Below, piece after piece: positions 37,916-48,223 of a stretch of DNA of 64,000 nt. The stretch lies in NCBI GenBank assembly GCA_002478955.1, contig DLKK01000084.1, positions 10,693 through 74,692 of the forward strand, given 5' to 3'. Made by a program: the position numbers and the translations under genes. Under the pieces are notes generated by a model. The model did no database searches. It was not told the DNA's origin and saw nothing but the letters and a program-made list of their open reading frames with translations. Source of the stretch: Treponema sp. UBA7590 (GTDB taxonomy: Bacteria > Spirochaetota > Spirochaetia > Treponematales > Treponemataceae). The number at the start of each line of letters is the position of its first letter. Within the stretch, counting starts at the first letter, position 1.

Positions 37916-38027
37916 AAAGATTTTATTGCAACCAAAATTTTAAAGTTTGCCTTATATTCAAGAAACATTATATTTGTAGTATAATTTTTACAATTCTCAA
38001 AAATCGATTTTAAGGAAACTGAAAAAA

Positions 38028-39890
38028 ATGAAACAAATCACTGACTGCAACGGCATTCCATATCCCGTCTTTACAACCGGAACAACAGCTTCTTGCGAAA
38101 CCGTATCCGGCGCAAAACCAGAAGGTTCCGTATTTTGCCTAAAAATAAACACAATCGGCGAAAATGCGCGAATGCCACTTCCTGGTCAGTTTTTCATGCT
38201 TCGTTCCGAAAAAAGCCAGCAACTTTTAGCACGCCCGATAAGCGTATTCCACGCAGAAAAAACTTCGTGCGGCGCACAAATTTCTTTCCTCATCCTTTTA
38301 AAAGGAAAAGGCACAAAAGAACTTTGCTCTCTTGACGCAGATGAAAAAATCCAAATTCTCGGTCCGCTTGGAAACATTTTCCCGCGCCCTGCAACTTCAC
38401 ACAACGAAAAATCCACCCAAAAAGTTCTGATTGCCGGCGGCGGAATCGGAGTAGCTCCAGTTGCAAATTTTGCAGAATCACTTCCCCCAAAATCTTACGA
38501 TTTCATCGCTTCATTCAAAAGCGGCTCTTACGGCCTAGAAAATATTCACCCTGAAAATCTTATAATCACAACAGACGACGGCACCGTTGGAATCCACGGA
38601 ATGATTACAGCCGCAATCGACGCCGAAAAAATCAAACAAGGCGGATATTCAGCCGTTTACGCGTGCGGCCCGGCCCCAATGCTAAATTACATCAAAACCA
38701 TTTCCGAAGCCGCAGGAGTTCAATGTTGGCTCAGCATGGAATCCCGAATGGCTTGTGGTGTCGGCGTTTGCCTTGGCTGCGTAATCCCGACCACAAAAGG
38801 AAATCTCCGCTGCTGCAAAGACGGCCCTGTTTTCGACTCAAAAATTCTTTCATTTCCAAAACCAGAACCTTCAAGAATAAAACCAAATTTGACCGGGGCA
38901 AGCCTGCCCCTCGTCGGCACTTCGTTGCCTCCTACCCCATCTCCTAAGGGCGCCGCCCCTAAAACCCCGGATTTATCCGTAAATATAAATGGAATCAGTT
39001 TTCAGAATCCGCTCATCGGCTCTTCTGGAACATTCGGGTTCGGCACAGAATATGCACCAATTTTTGATGTAAATAAACTCGGCGGAATCGCATCAAAAGG
39101 CCTAACCCTTGAACCGCGCCAAGGAAATTCCGGAATCCGCGTCTGGGAAACTCCAAGCGGTTTAATGAATTCAATCGGTCTGCAAAATCCAGGAATTCCT
39201 CATTTTATAGAACACGAACTCCCGGAAATGCTCAAATTAAAACCAGTCGCAATTGCAAATCTTTCGGGCTCAAGCCTAGAAACTTATGTGGAAGGCGCAA
39301 AACTTCTTGAAAAAACACAAGTTCCTGTAATCGAACTGAATATTTCATGTCCAAACGTAAGCGCAGGCGGAGCCGCTTTCGGAATGAGCTGCTCTTCCGC
39401 AAATACTGTTGTAAGCGCAGTCCGCGCCGTAACAAAAAAGCCTCTTTGGGTAAAACTAACACCTCAATCACCAGAATTAAATCAAGTTGCGCTAGCCTGC
39501 ATCAATTCCGGCGCAGACGCAATCAGCCTTTGCAATTCTTTTCAAGGTGTCGCTATTGACGTTGAAACCGGCCGACCAGTTTTTGACAAAATCAAGGCAG
39601 GCTTTGGTGGTCCAGCAGTCCGCCCGATTGCAGTCCGATTAATCTACGAACTTTACGAGGCAATAAAATCTCTTCCGCAAGAAAAACAAGTGCCAATCAT
39701 CGCTATCGGTGGAATCGCAACTTGGTCAGATGTCATAGAATTTATTATGGCTGGCGCAACTGCTGTTGAAGTCGGAACAAACACATTTGCGAATCCGCTC
39801 ACAATGATTGAATGTATCGACGGAATCTCCGCATATATGCAGCGCAAGGGAATTCAAACGCTAGAAGAAATCCGAGGAATCGCACACTAA
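38028..39890 (+). CDS. pyrD: Fused dihydroorotate dehydrogenase electron-transfer subunit PyrK + catalytic PyrD (family 1B)
   Basis: PGQF, RPIS, GGGIGVAP, CGP..M, MACGVGVCLGC..C.DGPVF; then SGTFG, NSIGLQNPG, ELNISCPN, GGI. Confidence 0.92.
   Translation: MKQITDCNGIPYPVFTTGTTASCETVSGAKPEGSVFCLKINTIGENARMPLPGQFFMLRSEKSQQLLARPISVFHAEKTSCGAQISFLILLKGKGTKELCSLDADEKIQILGPLGNIFPRPATSHNEKSTQKVLIAGGGIGVAPVANFAESLPPKSYDFIASFKSGSYGLENIHPENLIITTDDGTVGIHGMITAAIDAEKIKQGGYSAVYACGPAPMLNYIKTISEAAGVQCWLSMESRMACGVGVCLGCVIPTTKGNLRCCKDGPVFDSKILSFPKPEPSRIKPNLTGASLPLVGTSLPPTPSPKGAAPKTPDLSVNINGISFQNPLIGSSGTFGFGTEYAPIFDVNKLGGIASKGLTLEPRQGNSGIRVWETPSGLMNSIGLQNPGIPHFIEHELPEMLKLKPVAIANLSGSSLETYVEGAKLLEKTQVPVIELNISCPNVSAGGAAFGMSCSSANTVVSAVRAVTKKPLWVKLTPQSPELNQVALACINSGADAISLCNSFQGVAIDVETGRPVFDKIKAGFGGPAVRPIAVRLIYELYEAIKSLPQEKQVPIIAIGGIATWSDVIEFIMAGATAVEVGTNTFANPLTMIECIDGISAYMQRKGIQTLEEIRGIAH
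38895..38969 (+). repeat. Palindromic REP-like element, in-frame copy inside the pyrK-pyrD linker
   Basis: GGGGCAAGCCTGCCCC...TTCGTTGC..CCTACCC..TCTCCTAAGGGC...GCCCCTAAAACCCC; homologous to 19011-19087. Confidence 0.75.
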
Positions 39891-39918
39891 AAGAATTCTC
39901 CGCAAAATGACATTTTTT

Positions 39919-39953
39919 TGCGAAAATGTCAAAATGACACTTTCGCAAAAATT
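39919..39953. terminator. Inverted repeat after pyrD
   Basis: TTTTTGCGAAA.TGTCA-AAA-TGACA.TTTCGCAAAAA (boundaries approximate). Confidence 0.5.
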
Positions 39954-39975
39954 GTAAAAATGTTACATTTACCCT

Positions 39976-41151
39976 ATGAATACATTGGTCGCATTGTGTG
40001 CCGTTGGCGCAGAAAAAATTCTCGGAAATGAAATTAAACATCTTGGTTATAAATTAAAGGGAAACGCCCCTGGACGCGTCATTTTTGAAGGCGATAACAA
40101 CGCGATGTTCAAAAGCAATCTTTGCCTTCGCACTGCGGACAGAATTTTTCTTCAGATGGCATCTTTTTATGCAGAAGATTTTGATCAGCTTTTTGATGGC
40201 GTTTACAACATCTCCTGGCAGGATTTCTTTAAAAAAGATTCAAAAATCACAGTAGATAAAGTCCGCTGCTACAAAAGCAAATTAAATTCAGAGCATGCTA
40301 TTCAGTCTATTGTTCAAAAAGCTATTTACCAGAAACTCACAGAAAAATTCAGAATGTCTTCCATGCCAGAAACTGGAAATGAATCAAATGTCCGCGTTTA
40401 CATGGATCAAAATATCGCAATGATTCTTCTTGATTTGTCCGGACTTCCGCTTCATAAACGTGGCTACCGCGTAGATGGAGGAATTGCCCCTCTCCGCGAA
40501 ACTGTAGCGGCGGTTCTTCTTCAGGAAATGATGTGGCGCCGAAAAACTCCTCTGCACGATCCATTTTGTGGCTCTGGAACAATCGCAATAGAAGCCGCGC
40601 TTTACGCGTACAATGTAGCTCCTGGTTTTGGACGCCGTTTTGCGCTTGAAACTTTACCTTTTTACAACAAAGAAAAAGCAGAAGAAATCCGCAGACAAGA
40701 AGCAGAAAAAATCCGGACAGATGTAGAAGTTCGAATCACAGGTTCAGATATTTCGCAGGAAGCAGTTGAACGCGCCAAAAAAAATGCAGAATATGCTTGC
40801 GTTATGGCAGGACGCGCACTTCAATCAATTGGAAGCGATGCAAAAATCATCCGCCCAGATTTTGTACAGGCAGATTTTGCAGAACTCAGCGCACCATACG
40901 AAACTGGCTTGATTCTTTGCAACCCACCTTATGGCGAACGACTTGGCGATGAAGAACAAGCCGCAGAACTTTACAAAAAAATGTCAGTTCTCTGGCAGAA
41001 TTTCAAAGGCTGGGAATTTGGAATCATCACAAGCCATAAATCGTTCCAGGAAAATTTTGGGCATTACGCAACCAGCTTAAAAGACATCAAAGCTGGAAAT
41101 TTGAACACAACATTTTATAGATACACAAATTATTTGCCAAAAGCAAAATAA
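39976..41151 (+). CDS. THUMP-domain class I SAM-dependent RNA methyltransferase (RlmL/YpsC-like)
   Basis: NL.LRTADR, LHKRGYR, APLRETVAA, DPFCGSGTI.IEAA, NPPYGERL. Confidence 0.9.
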   Translation: MNTLVALCAVGAEKILGNEIKHLGYKLKGNAPGRVIFEGDNNAMFKSNLCLRTADRIFLQMASFYAEDFDQLFDGVYNISWQDFFKKDSKITVDKVRCYKSKLNSEHAIQSIVQKAIYQKLTEKFRMSSMPETGNESNVRVYMDQNIAMILLDLSGLPLHKRGYRVDGGIAPLRETVAAVLLQEMMWRRKTPLHDPFCGSGTIAIEAALYAYNVAPGFGRRFALETLPFYNKEKAEEIRRQEAEKIRTDVEVRITGSDISQEAVERAKKNAEYACVMAGRALQSIGSDAKIIRPDFVQADFAELSAPYETGLILCNPPYGERLGDEEQAAELYKKMSVLWQNFKGWEFGIITSHKSFQENFGHYATSLKDIKAGNLNTTFYRYTNYLPKAK

Positions 41152-41199
41152 ATTTCAGCAAATAAAAGCAAAACTGCACAAAAGGAAAATTTAAAACCA

Positions 41200-41796
41200 A
41201 TGGCTACAGTTGTTGAACACGATAAAAGACGTGAAGAAATTCTTGAACGCTCTCTGGACGTTTTTATGGACGAAGGTTACGAGGATGTGACATTCCAAAA
41301 AATCGCCGACCGCTGCGGAATTACACGCACAACCTTGTACATTTATTTTAAAAATAAACGCGAAATCTTTTTGTTCAGCATAAAACAGTTTCTTTCAACT
41401 TTGGAAGAAGTTCTTATAAAAATTGCCACAGACACAACAATTTCAACAGAAAAAGTCCTAAAATCAATGCTGAAATTCATTCTTGAAAAATGCGAGGAAA
41501 ACCGAAAACTTTTTGCAGTTCTTCTTCCATATTTAGTTCAGCTTCAAAAATCTGGAATCAACACAGAAGAAAGAGTTTTGCGCAGAATTATCCGCCTGCA
41601 ACATCTTTTGAGCTGCGTAATAATCCGCGGAATACGTGCAGGAGAATTCAAAAAAGTAAGCGTAAAATATGCAAACGTAATGCTTTATTCTCTTTTGGAA
41701 TCAGCAATTTTTAAGATTTCCGTGCTTAACGCAAAAGATATTTCAGATTGCTATGGTGCTGCGGAACTTGCAGTAAATGGACTTCTTGTAAATTAA
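41200..41796 (+). CDS. TetR/AcrR-family regulator
   Basis: F...GY...T...IA..CGITRTTLY.YFKNK. Confidence 0.92.
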   Translation: MATVVEHDKRREEILERSLDVFMDEGYEDVTFQKIADRCGITRTTLYIYFKNKREIFLFSIKQFLSTLEEVLIKIATDTTISTEKVLKSMLKFILEKCEENRKLFAVLLPYLVQLQKSGINTEERVLRRIIRLQHLLSCVIIRGIRAGEFKKVSVKYANVMLYSLLESAIFKISVLNAKDISDCYGAAELAVNGLLVN

Positions 41797-42731
41797 TCTG
41801 AAAAATCCAAAATCTGCGCGGAATTTTCAATTTTTGCAGTTCTGCTGCTTTTTATCGCAGAATCCGAAAAATCATAATTTCCATCATCAGAAGATTTTAA
41901 ATCCACCGTAAAATAAACAATATCTTTATTTTCCTGTTTTACAAGAACTTCAAGCGGCGCAGTCCACTGAACAGTTGTATAACGCAATGAACTTTCTTCA
42001 TCATCTGGAATCTTATATTTTTTTGTAACCAGCTGGCAGACAACACCTTTTATCATAATTTCTTTGTTGAAATAGCTTGATGTTAAGATTGAACGCAACA
42101 AAACAGGCGTTGAATCAGATGTATAACTTGAACCTGCCGGCGCCAATTTAAATACAGTAGAAAATTCTCCATCTTTTGTGGTAATTGCAAGTCCCAGATT
42201 AAACTTAGAAAAATCCCCGGCAGTTGGGAGACTTATAGAATCACTTGTGTTTCCTTCCGCCGGAACCAAAGTAAGCGAGGCGTTCTCTTCATCGTAGGAA
42301 AAATAACATTCTTTGCCTGTACCAGCCGTAGAAAGAACCGGTTTTGGATCATCCGAATAAACCGGAACCGCCTGAGAAAGCGTAATAGCATCAGACCATT
42401 CAGTTGTCTTGTAGGAATCATCCATCTTGAATCTTGCCATGTACTGATATTCAACATTGTCAAAAACAAAAGTGTCTTCAAATATGTAAGAAGCATTTAT
42501 ATTTTTTGAGGCCGGAATTATCTGCGCAATATTAAAAATATCCTTGTAATTATCTCTTCTGAAAATATTCACATAAGACATTCCGTCCACATACGGAACA
42601 GAAACTGTTATCTGCATTGAGTCGTCTGATTTTTTTACATCGATTATATAATTTTCGTTATCGTCATCTGTGCATGCTGCAAAAGAAAAACATATTGCCA
42701 ACGCAAAAAATAAATTTAAAACTCTTTTCAT
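41793..42731 (-). CDS. Lipoprotein of unknown function
   Basis: MKRVLNLFFALAICFSFAAC lipobox; GGAGAGG RBS before ATG 42731. Confidence 0.75.
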   Translation of the reverse strand: MKRVLNLFFALAICFSFAACTDDDNENYIIDVKKSDDSMQITVSVPYVDGMSYVNIFRRDNYKDIFNIAQIIPASKNINASYIFEDTFVFDNVEYQYMARFKMDDSYKTTEWSDAITLSQAVPVYSDDPKPVLSTAGTGKECYFSYDEENASLTLVPAEGNTSDSISLPTAGDFSKFNLGLAITTKDGEFSTVFKLAPAGSSYTSDSTPVLLRSILTSSYFNKEIMIKGVVCQLVTKKYKIPDDEESSLRYTTVQWTAPLEVLVKQENKDIVYFTVDLKSSDDGNYDFSDSAIKSSRTAKIENSAQILDFSD

Positions 42732-42826
42732 AAAAAAGACCTCTCCGATTTTATCGGCATTTTTTACGAGATTCTTTAGACTGCCCAAAAAACAAAAATT
42801 TTCATAGACAGTCTAAAATCAGCAAA

Positions 42827-45800
42827 TTACTGCAATGCGTAAACAGCAACTGTCTTTGTTGCAACCGTAACAACGGAACCATCTTCCAGGGCGGCAGAAT
42901 TTTCAGCAAACTGCTTACCGTCTGTAACTAACTTCCAAGTTCCTTTTCCATTTAGCTCAAATTTCACATCCGAAGTGAATGGATTTGCCACAACCACGAT
43001 TTTTTTCCAGCTATCACCGCATTTACTGCCATCAAGTTCCCATGCAAGAACCTGCTCTGGAAGTCCTGCCGATTTGTTGTCAATAAACCGCAAAACTTTT
43101 TCACAATCTTCGTCAGTCGCAAGCCTGAACGCAGGATGCTCCTTTCTTAACTTGATAAGATTTTTTACGTAATTCACAACATTCTGTTTTTCTGAACAAC
43201 GCTTCCAGTCAAGATTATTTATCCGGTCGCAGACATTATAAGTATTGTGCAAAATAAAATGTCTTCCGTCATCAGAAATTCCGTACTCATAGAAAATCTG
43301 CTTAGTGGCTTTTATATCTTCTGGAACTTCTTTTGAACGGCAGAATTCCATTCCCGCGTGCAAAATCGGATAACCTTCCGCAAGAATCACAAGAGAAATC
43401 GCCATTTTCTGCATCTGGTCAAGATATTCTTCCGGCTTGTCTTGCTCAACCATAAAAAGCTTGTCGCGCAAAGTAATATTATCATGAATTTCTGTATAAT
43501 TTACAGAAAGCCAAGTTTCTTTTCCCCAAGGTTTTGGAGCCGCAGTTCCTTCTATTTTATCATATTGAATCTGCGGATGTTTTGTAGCACCAATAATTCC
43601 AAATTTTACAGCCTCTCGTCCACTGCCATCATGAACAAAACCTTTCTGCTTATCATCAAAAATCGGTCCTTTTATTCCGCATCGCATTGCATCATTAAAA
43701 AAACCGATTCCGTGAAGTTTTTCGCAATTAACCTGCGAAGCTCCGTCAAATTTTCCGGCACGGTACATATCCCAGCCTTCACCATAAATAAGAACATCAG
43801 ATTTTATCTTATGCAAAGCGTCATGAATTGCGTTCATCGTAACAACATCATGCAAGCCCATCAAATCAAAACGGAAACCGCAAAGTTTATATTCTTTCAG
43901 CCAGAAACAGAGTGTGTCAACCATATATTTTCTGAACATTGAATGTTCGCTTGCCGTATCCTCGCCCGCACCAGAATATCCTTCAACCCGGTAAAAATAT
44001 CCTGGAACACTTGTTCCAAGTCCCTGATGAATTCCATCATTCACATGATTGTAAACAACATCCATAATTATGCCGATTCCGGCGTCCGCATAATTTTTTA
44101 CAAGTTGCTTGAATTCTTTTATCCGCACAGAACCATCATACGGATTTGTTGAATAAGAACCTTCAACGCAAGCATAATTTTCAGGATCGTAACCCCAGTT
44201 AAAATTGCCGAACAAGATTCTATTCTTAACAATCGGGTCATTTACAGTTTTTTCATCAATACTTCTAAAATCAAAAACAGGAAGAAGCTGAACATGAGTA
44301 ACACCCAAAGATTTTATGTGGTCAAAACCAGTCGGAACACCATTGTAAGTTGTTCCAGATTGCGCCGCACCCAAAAAAGTCCTTTGTATTCTCTTGTCGC
44401 CATTCCAATCCGGGCTAGAAGTAATATCCGCGATATGTGCTTCGTAAGCCACAACATCACTAGGAGTCTTAACAACCGGAACTTTTACTGAATCCCAGCC
44501 ATCAGGATTTGTGCGGCTCATATCCACAACCATCGAACGTTTTCCGTTTACGCCACAAGCTTTTGCATACGGATCAGAAGAAATTTGTTCAACGCCATGA
44601 ACCAAAACTGTGTACAAATAATATTTTCCGTGCAAATCGCCTTTTACAGTCGCTTCCCAAACACCTAGTTTTCCCTTTTCAGAAAGCCTTTGTAAATCAA
44701 CTGTTTTTTCTGCAACAGAATTTTCACCATCAGCAAAAAATGAAACAGAAACCGCTTTTGCAGTCGGAGCCCAAAGCCTAAAAGTTGTTCCAGTTTTTTT
44801 ATAGATTGCGCCAAGCTCGATGTCAGTGTGATATTTTTCTTCAAATTCTTTTGAGTCAAAATACCATTCAAGCGCGCCAGTATTTTTTCCGCCACTGCAT
44901 TTGCTGTTCATTCTGCCGCTTTTTATAAGATTGAAAAGGTAATCTTTTTTGTGTTCCGAGCCACAGAATTCGTTGTTCAGATTTTGCTTTGCAAACGGAG
45001 AAGTAATCCATTTTGCCGGTGTTCCAAATTTCTCAAGTGAAAAATGTTTTTCCTCTTTGTTTTTATATTTTGCCGGAGTCAAAATCTCGTATTCTTCGTT
45101 TGGTTTTATTTTTATTTCATTCAACGAAAGTTCCGGAAAATTTTCCAGAGAATCAAGATTTTCTACATTCCATTTTACATAGCAGTGATAATTTTCGCCT
45201 TTCCGCTTAATCTGAACCTCAAAGCTCCAGCCATTTCCAAATGGAAGAATCGCTTTTGCCTCTTTGCAGTTAGCCGGAAGACATGGACAGAATTTTATTT
45301 TTTTCTGAACAAGTTCCGGGTGAAAACCGAGCAAATCCATTGTAATATTTCTATTAAATTCCGCAACAGACCAAGCCTGACTGAATGTTCCTGAAAGCCT
45401 AGGGTTTCCATTAGAATCTGGCCGCGCATGAATATTTTCGCTCAGCGAGCCTGCACAGCCAATTTCCTGAATCATTTTTGAATAATTCTGCAAAATTGCC
45501 GATGCTTTTTCACCAAGAATTCCATTTGAGCTCAAAACACTTGCTGTGATATATGCGCCGGTATTCCATTCCCAGATTGTTCCATTGTGATAAGCCGCAT
45601 CTTTGTGATACCATTTTGGATTTTCGTGCTCAGGGTGAAACAGCGGATCTTCAGGGCTTAAACTATAAAGACCAAAAGGATTTACAAGCTCTCGTTCAAC
45701 ATTTTTAATGATGTTGTCTGCAATATTTTTTTCGACAAAATATTCTTCTGGGCGCAAATCCAGAACAGATGGAACCATAAATGTAAAAAGCTGATTTGGG

Positions 45801-47227
45801 CGAACGCGCATATCTTTTATCCATTCGCCATAACCGCCTTCCGGCAGGCAATCAGCAAGCGCATTGCAATCCTTGTTCCAAAAATACTCCAGGAATGATT
45901 TTTTTACCCGTTCCGCAATAAAATCGTAACTGTCAGCTTTTTCATTGTTGCAAAGCAAACGCTGCATTTCCGCACCAATTTTTAATGCGGTAAACCACAA
46001 AGCCTGAACATCATTCGCACGGTTTCCACGTGGAGAAAGAGGTTCGTTTCCTTCAATCCGGGCGTCCATCCAAGTATCAGCATCCGCATGCATAAGAAAA
46101 CCATGCTCGTCGCAACGGTCCATTTCTGCAAAAAGCGCAGTATTAACTGTATTTTCAAGCTGACTTATAATCGAAACATCACCAGAATACTGAACATATT
46201 CCCACAAAGCGCGGATAAACCACAAAGTTCCGTCCGCAGTATTGTAAATCACGTCTTTTTCATCACGGTAACGGTTTGGAATTCGTCCGTAAGTCGGGCT
46301 ATCCTTGTTCAAATCCTGGAAATCCGCAAACCCCAAAAGAACATCTTTTGCCTCATCAAAACACCCAGAAATCAAAAGTGTTCCACACAAAGAAATAAAT
46401 GTGTCGCGCCCCCAATTATCACGGAACCAAGGAAGTCCAGCCCAAATTCCGCGGTAATTGCTTCCATGATCTTTTGTTGCAAGCTGCCATGCGCTAAATC
46501 TAGCCCACTGGATTGACTCATTGAATTTTTTGTCGCCAAAATCCGCATTGAATTTTCCAAGAAATTCATCAATCAACTTTCTGTGGGCAACGATTCCTTT
46601 TTGTTTTGCAAGACGAACCGCTTTTTCTACCGCAGAATTTTCATCCGCTTCAAAAGCAATATACCAGCCATCACCAGAAAACGGCTCTTCAGAATTTGCA
46701 GAATCTTGTTTCCTGCAAAGAATCAAATCTTCATCTTTTGCTGAAAAATCAAAGTCAAAATCCGCCGCAACCGCAACGCCTTTATTTGAGCTGATTACTT
46801 TTACGCCATCACAATTTTTTTCAGTCCAGACAGAATCCGATTTCACCTGCTTTTCAAGTTCTTCCCGGTTGCTTTTTGGTTCTTTTCCTTCAAGTGGCAA
46901 TGTTTCTTCCAAAAGCATTGTCGGCACAATTTTCTGTATTCCAAGCTCCGCGTTTGAATTTAAATAAAAAGCCTGTTCTTCCAAAAGCAACGCCGCTTCA
47001 ATAAACGATTTTTCAAATACGGATTTAAATCCATACGGAAGAACTTCTGTAAACTTTGCCTCAGAAAGTTCCTTGCCGCAACTAGTAAATCCGTTCAAAA
47101 ATTTCGTGCTTCCACGAAAATATCCATTTTCATCATTTTTTTTACCAAACAAAAACTGGAAATAACCATTTTTTCGGTCAGTCCAGGCGATACGTCGGCC
47201 AGAATCAGCCATTACTTTGATAAGCAT
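42827..47227 (-). CDS. pulA: Fusion of amylo-alpha-1,6-glucosidase (glycogen debranching, GH133-like) and type I pullulanase (CBM48 + GH13)
   Basis: AGLPWF..WGRDT.I, NTADGTLW, TWMDA, RPNQ, AYHNGT.W, QAWS; then FRLWAPTA, DPYA, NWGYDP, DVVYNH, GFRFDLMG, YGEGW, HDN. Confidence 0.88.
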   Translation of the reverse strand: MLIKVMADSGRRIAWTDRKNGYFQFLFGKKNDENGYFRGSTKFLNGFTSCGKELSEAKFTEVLPYGFKSVFEKSFIEAALLLEEQAFYLNSNAELGIQKIVPTMLLEETLPLEGKEPKSNREELEKQVKSDSVWTEKNCDGVKVISSNKGVAVAADFDFDFSAKDEDLILCRKQDSANSEEPFSGDGWYIAFEADENSAVEKAVRLAKQKGIVAHRKLIDEFLGKFNADFGDKKFNESIQWARFSAWQLATKDHGSNYRGIWAGLPWFRDNWGRDTFISLCGTLLISGCFDEAKDVLLGFADFQDLNKDSPTYGRIPNRYRDEKDVIYNTADGTLWFIRALWEYVQYSGDVSIISQLENTVNTALFAEMDRCDEHGFLMHADADTWMDARIEGNEPLSPRGNRANDVQALWFTALKIGAEMQRLLCNNEKADSYDFIAERVKKSFLEYFWNKDCNALADCLPEGGYGEWIKDMRVRPNQLFTFMVPSVLDLRPEEYFVEKNIADNIIKNVERELVNPFGLYSLSPEDPLFHPEHENPKWYHKDAAYHNGTIWEWNTGAYITASVLSSNGILGEKASAILQNYSKMIQEIGCAGSLSENIHARPDSNGNPRLSGTFSQAWSVAEFNRNITMDLLGFHPELVQKKIKFCPCLPANCKEAKAILPFGNGWSFEVQIKRKGENYHCYVKWNVENLDSLENFPELSLNEIKIKPNEEYEILTPAKYKNKEEKHFSLEKFGTPAKWITSPFAKQNLNNEFCGSEHKKDYLFNLIKSGRMNSKCSGGKNTGALEWYFDSKEFEEKYHTDIELGAIYKKTGTTFRLWAPTAKAVSVSFFADGENSVAEKTVDLQRLSEKGKLGVWEATVKGDLHGKYYLYTVLVHGVEQISSDPYAKACGVNGKRSMVVDMSRTNPDGWDSVKVPVVKTPSDVVAYEAHIADITSSPDWNGDKRIQRTFLGAAQSGTTYNGVPTGFDHIKSLGVTHVQLLPVFDFRSIDEKTVNDPIVKNRILFGNFNWGYDPENYACVEGSYSTNPYDGSVRIKEFKQLVKNYADAGIGIIMDVVYNHVNDGIHQGLGTSVPGYFYRVEGYSGAGEDTASEHSMFRKYMVDTLCFWLKEYKLCGFRFDLMGLHDVVTMNAIHDALHKIKSDVLIYGEGWDMYRAGKFDGASQVNCEKLHGIGFFNDAMRCGIKGPIFDDKQKGFVHDGSGREAVKFGIIGATKHPQIQYDKIEGTAAPKPWGKETWLSVNYTEIHDNITLRDKLFMVEQDKPEEYLDQMQKMAISLVILAEGYPILHAGMEFCRSKEVPEDIKATKQIFYEYGISDDGRHFILHNTYNVCDRINNLDWKRCSEKQNVVNYVKNLIKLRKEHPAFRLATDEDCEKVLRFIDNKSAGLPEQVLAWELDGSKCGDSWKKIVVVANPFTSDVKFELNGKGTWKLVTDGKQFAENSAALEDGSVVTVATKTVAVYALQ

Positions 47228-47281
47228 AACTCTATTAGTCTACACGAACAAAATCAGTTAATCAAATCCTATTTAAAGAAG

Positions 47282-48214
47282 TTACTTTAGTCCGATTCCC
47301 GCCGCAACCAATTTTTTGTCAAGTTTGCGGTAATACTTTTTGTAAAGCCACGGATGCAAGCCGGAATAATCTTTTCCGATTTCCGGGGAAACAATGATTT
47401 CGTCCTCGGCAGTTTTTTCTATATGATATGAACCGTTGATTTTCCAGCCGTTTAAAATACCAATGCTGATTGCGCTTGTCGGGCAATTGAATGAGCAGCA
47501 TGTGCACATTGTGCAGTTATGACCAAACTCAAATTTCTTTCCATTAAATGAAATATTATTCAATGGACAGTTTTTTACGCACTTTTGGCATTTTACACAT
47601 TTTTTCATGTCAACTTTTAAAGAAAATGGCGCAGAAAGAGGATAATAAATCCATTCAACACGGACAAGCGGAACCCAAAATCTTAAAAAAGGATTTATAT
47701 GAACCTTATCCACTTTACCCTGCTGAATTTCATTGCACGAAAGTTTTGCGTAGGCTTTTGCATACAGCCACTCACGTTTTACCATTTCCGGTGTGTGCCT
47801 AAAAATCATATTGTAAGGCATAACATAATGGCGGTCAGAAACAAACTCAAAGCCTTTTTTTTCCATCTTTGAAATAAGCCGCTGCGAAGAAAATTCATTT
47901 ATATACAAACCTTCTCCACTCGTTTTAAAAACAAACGCTTTTTTTGAATTTTCCAGTTTTGGCAAAAGATTTATAAAATCATCAAATGGTTTTGGAATAT
48001 TAAAACCGTAAACAGGATGCCCAAATCCAATCAAATCGAATTCATTCGGATTCGGAAAAGGCACATATTCAAACCTGGAAGAATCCTCTCCGATTTTTTT
48101 CATTTTTACGTCATAAATTGTAGTTTCATATTCTGAAAGATTTTTTTTGTATAAATCCGCAACCAGACGAGTATTTCCTGTTCCGCTAAAAACGTAAATT
48201 ACAGCTTTTTTCAT
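47282..48214 (-). CDS. EFR1-family flavodoxin-ferredoxin fusion
   Basis: FSGTGNT; CxxCxxCxxxCP twice. Confidence 0.88.
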   Translation of the reverse strand: MKKAVIYVFSGTGNTRLVADLYKKNLSEYETTIYDVKMKKIGEDSSRFEYVPFPNPNEFDLIGFGHPVYGFNIPKPFDDFINLLPKLENSKKAFVFKTSGEGLYINEFSSQRLISKMEKKGFEFVSDRHYVMPYNMIFRHTPEMVKREWLYAKAYAKLSCNEIQQGKVDKVHINPFLRFWVPLVRVEWIYYPLSAPFSLKVDMKKCVKCQKCVKNCPLNNISFNGKKFEFGHNCTMCTCCSFNCPTSAISIGILNGWKINGSYHIEKTAEDEIIVSPEIGKDYSGLHPWLYKKYYRKLDKKLVAAGIGLK

Positions 48215-48223
48215 ATTGCAAAA

